A stretch of DNA of 64,000 bases from an uncultured delta proteobacterium (GTDB lineage Bacteria > Desulfobacterota > Binatia > DP-6). The notes under the pieces were generated by a model. That model was not told the DNA's origin, searched no databases, and saw nothing but the letters and a program-made list of their open reading frames with translations. The stretch spans positions 1 to 64,000 of the forward strand of contig CAWFFN010000012.1 in the NCBI GenBank assembly GCA_963815115.1, given 5' to 3'. The translations under genes and the position numbers were made by a program. Position 1 is the stretch's first letter; the number at the start of each line of letters is the position of its first letter. Below, one piece after another: positions 61,346 through 64,000 of the stretch.

Positions 61346-64000
61346 ATGGACGACACGGCTCACCGCGCCATCGCCGTCGTGGGGCTCGGCGCGATCCTCC
61401 CGGACGCCCCCAGCGTCGCGGCGTTCTGGCAGAATCTCTGCGACGGCCGCTACAGCATCGGGGCGGTCCCGGAAGGTCGCTGGGACCCGGGCCTGTACTA
61501 CGATCCCGATCCCGCCGTTCCCGACAAGACCTACTCGAAGATCGGCGGCTGGGTGCGCGAGGCGCCGTGGGCCCCCGTCGAGTGGAAGCTGCCCATCCCT
61601 CCGCGGGTCAGCGACGCCATGGACGAGGGCCAGAAGTGGGCCATCGCCTGCACCCGCCAGGCTCTGGACGATCTGGCCGAGTCGGGGCACGGCCTCGATC
61701 CCGAGCGCACGGCGGTGGTGCTCGGCAACGCCATGGCGGGGGAGAAGCACTACCTCACGGTGTTGCGCATCCAGTTCCCGGAGTTTGCCGACGAGCTGGC
61801 GAAGGCGCCGAGCTTCGGCGCGCTGCCTCGCGCGGCGCGCGACGCCATCCTGCGCGAGCTCCACGCCGGGGTCGCGCACCGGCTCCCGGAGATCACCGAG
61901 GACACCATGCCGGGCGAGCTCGCCAACTGCATCGCCGGGCGGATCGCCAACCTGTTCAACTTCCGCGGCCCGAACTACGTGGTCGATGCGGCCTGTGCGT
62001 CCGCGCTCGCCGCCATCAGCGCCGCCGCCGAGGGGCTCATCGAGGGCGAGTACGACGCCGTCGTCGCCGGCGGCATCGATCGCAACATGGGCGCGTCGTC
62101 GTTCACCAAGTTCTGCAAGATCGGTGCGCTCTCCGCGACGGGCACGCGGCCCTACGCCGACGGCGCGGACGGCTTCGTCATGGGTGAAGGCGCGGCGGTC
62201 TTCGTGCTGAAGCGGCTCGCCGACGCCGAGCGTGCGGGCAACCGCGTCTATGCGGTCATCCGCGGCCTCGGCGGCTCGAGCGACGGCAAGGGCAAGGGCA
62301 TCACTGCGCCGAATCCGGTCGGACAGCGTCTGTCCATCGAGCGCGCCTGGCGCAATGCCGGACTCGCCCCGGCGACGGCGACCTACGTCGAGGGGCACGG
62401 CACCTCCACCCGAGTCGGCGACCTCGTCGAGGTGCAGAGCCTGAGCGAGGTGTTCGCGGCGGCGGGAGCGGCGCCGGGGACGATCGCGCTCGGCTCGGTG
62501 AAGTCGAACATCGGCCACCTGAAGGCCGCCGCCGGCGCGGCCGGGCTGCTCAAGACGGTCCTCGCCCTGCATCACGAGATGCTGCCGCCGAGCCTGCACT
62601 GCGAACGTCCGAACCCCGGCATCGACTTCGCGGCTTCGCCGTTCCGTGTGAACACCGCGGGGCGCCCGTGGGAGGTCCGGAGCGACGAGGTCCGCCGCGC
62701 CGGGATCAGCGCCTTCGGGTTCGGGGGCACCAACTTCCACGCCGTCGTGGAGCAGTTCGTCCCCGGGCGACTCGACGGCACGAGTCGCCGGAGTCGCGTG
62801 GTCAGCGCCGGCGTGCCGGCGGCGCCCCCGGATGCCGCGATGCCCAGGCCTCCGCTGCGCGGAGCGCTGGTGCTGGGCGCGCCGTCGGTGGCGGCGCTCG
62901 CCGAGCGCGTGCGCACGGTCGCCGGCGAGGCCGGTGCCGGCGTCGCGCCGGCGCCCGCACCGCCGGAGGAGGTCGACCTGCGCCAGCCCGAGCGCCTCGC
63001 GATCGACTACGGCGACGCGGCCGAGCTCGCCGACCGGGCGGCCAGGGCACTCGACGCCCTCGCCAGCGATGCGCCCGCGGCCTGGAAGGCGCTCCGCGCC
63101 CAGGGGATCTTCCGCGGCCACGGTGCCGCGCCCAAGGTCGCCTTTCTCTATACCGGGCAGGGCTCGCAGTACGTGAACATGCTGAAGGGGCTGCGCGCGG
63201 CCGAGCCGATCGTCGCCGACACCTTCGCGCTCGCCGACCGCGTGATGAGCCCGCTGCTGGGCCGGCCGCTCACCGATTACATCTTCGCCGCCGAAGACGC
63301 CGAAAGCATCGCGAGCGCCGAGGAGGCGCTCAAGCAGACAGCGGTGACGCAACCCGCCGTGCTGGCAGCCGACGCCGCGCTCACGCGCCTGCTCGCTGCC
63401 TACGGCATCGTGCCCGATCTGGTGATGGGACACAGCCTCGGCGAGTACGGCGCACTGGTCGCGGCGGGTGCCTTGCCGTTCGAGGATGCCCTCGAGGCGG
63501 TGAGCGCGCGCGGCCGCGAGATGACGAGCCTCACGATCGAGGACTGCGGTGCGATGGCCGCCGTGCTGGCACCCCTGGACGAGGTGGAGCGCATCCTCGG
63601 AGGCGTCGAGGGGTACGTCGAGATCGCGAACCTGAACAGCACCAAGCAGTGCGTGATCGGCGGCGCGACGGCGGCCGTCGAGCGCGCGATCGCCGCGGTG
63701 CAGGCCGCGGAGTACACGGCCATCCCGCTGCCGGTGAGCCACGCCTTCCACACCCGCATCGTGGCGCCGGCGAGCGAGCCGCTGCGCCTCGTGCTCGGGC
63801 GGCTCCGGCTCCAGTCGCCGACGCTGCCCATCGTTGCCAACGTGAGCGGCGAGTTCTACCCCATGGGCCCCGGGGTGGCGGCCGAGATGGTCGACATCCT
63901 CGGCCGCCAGGTGGCCTCGCCGGTCCAGTTCGTGAAGGGGCTGGAGACGCTGTATGCGGCCGGCGCGCGCGTCTTCGTCGAGGTCGGCCCCAAGCGCGCG
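61346..64000 (+). CDS. Type I polyketide/PUFA-synthase-like megasynthase (KS-AT..., runs off the window)
   Basis: Open frame from ATG 61346 (absent from the ORF track because it has no stop): KS DAACASAL, EGHGTST, KSNIGHLK; AT YTGQGSQY, GHSLG, VSHAFH. Confidence 0.94.
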   Translation, partial: MDDTAHRAIAVVGLGAILPDAPSVAAFWQNLCDGRYSIGAVPEGRWDPGLYYDPDPAVPDKTYSKIGGWVREAPWAPVEWKLPIPPRVSDAMDEGQKWAIACTRQALDDLAESGHGLDPERTAVVLGNAMAGEKHYLTVLRIQFPEFADELAKAPSFGALPRAARDAILRELHAGVAHRLPEITEDTMPGELANCIAGRIANLFNFRGPNYVVDAACASALAAISAAAEGLIEGEYDAVVAGGIDRNMGASSFTKFCKIGALSATGTRPYADGADGFVMGEGAAVFVLKRLADAERAGNRVYAVIRGLGGSSDGKGKGITAPNPVGQRLSIERAWRNAGLAPATATYVEGHGTSTRVGDLVEVQSLSEVFAAAGAAPGTIALGSVKSNIGHLKAAAGAAGLLKTVLALHHEMLPPSLHCERPNPGIDFAASPFRVNTAGRPWEVRSDEVRRAGISAFGFGGTNFHAVVEQFVPGRLDGTSRRSRVVSAGVPAAPPDAAMPRPPLRGALVLGAPSVAALAERVRTVAGEAGAGVAPAPAPPEEVDLRQPERLAIDYGDAAELADRAARALDALASDAPAAWKALRAQGIFRGHGAAPKVAFLYTGQGSQYVNMLKGLRAAEPIVADTFALADRVMSPLLGRPLTDYIFAAEDAESIASAEEALKQTAVTQPAVLAADAALTRLLAAYGIVPDLVMGHSLGEYGALVAAGALPFEDALEAVSARGREMTSLTIEDCGAMAAVLAPLDEVERILGGVEGYVEIANLNSTKQCVIGGATAAVERAIAAVQAAEYTAIPLPVSHAFHTRIVAPASEPLRLVLGRLRLQSPTLPIVANVSGEFYPMGPGVAAEMVDILGRQVASPVQFVKGLETLYAAGARVFVEVGPKRA

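Noticed and set aside
61286-63751. 821-aa minus-strand ORF (likewise 53503-55974, 42729-45203, 37797-40580, 34064-36139)
   Set aside because: These are antisense to clearly recognisable genes (PKS, Pat, K channel/patatin, kinases).

Overview
High-GC bacterial DNA. The gene families suggest Candidatus Binatia or a related deltaproteobacterium-like lineage (inference). Scattered single-base frameshifts suggest an imperfect long-read or MAG consensus. There are three zones. (1) 1-11861: an islet with no integrase, bounded by two 55/56-bp-identical copies of the 3' part of tRNA-Gly(CCC). It carries an internally deleted SAM-cyclase gene, an SDR, a TauD-type dioxygenase and a giant (~2,800 aa) Zn-ribbon/adenylate cyclase/STAND ATPase gene ending in 12 SnoaL/NTF2-like repeats. 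(2) 11.9-30.6 kb: an accessory patchwork bracketed by two toxin-antitoxin pairs. It holds a DUF899 cluster, a wHTH-STAND regulator divergent from an ECF/NrsF pair, and many gene relics; greB and a TrxR-like gene follow. (3) 33.1-64 kb: a coherent, probably oxygen-responsive cluster. It encodes a FixL-like PAS kinase, a globin-coupled kinase and a sigma54 activator, plus USPs, CBS proteins, a triheme cytochrome c, patatin, a PRTase, an Rv2004c-like kinase, a group 3b [NiFe]-hydrogenase, a Pat acetyltransferase, GAPDH, WS/DGAT, acyl-CoA dehydrogenases and a type I PKS running off the window. This zone has ten sigma54 -24/-12 motifs, six of them 10-15 nt from a start codon (apparently leaderless), and a recurring TTCnnA-N4-TnnGAA palindrome. 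It looks like a sigma54-wired counterpart of the mycobacterial DosR dormancy regulon.
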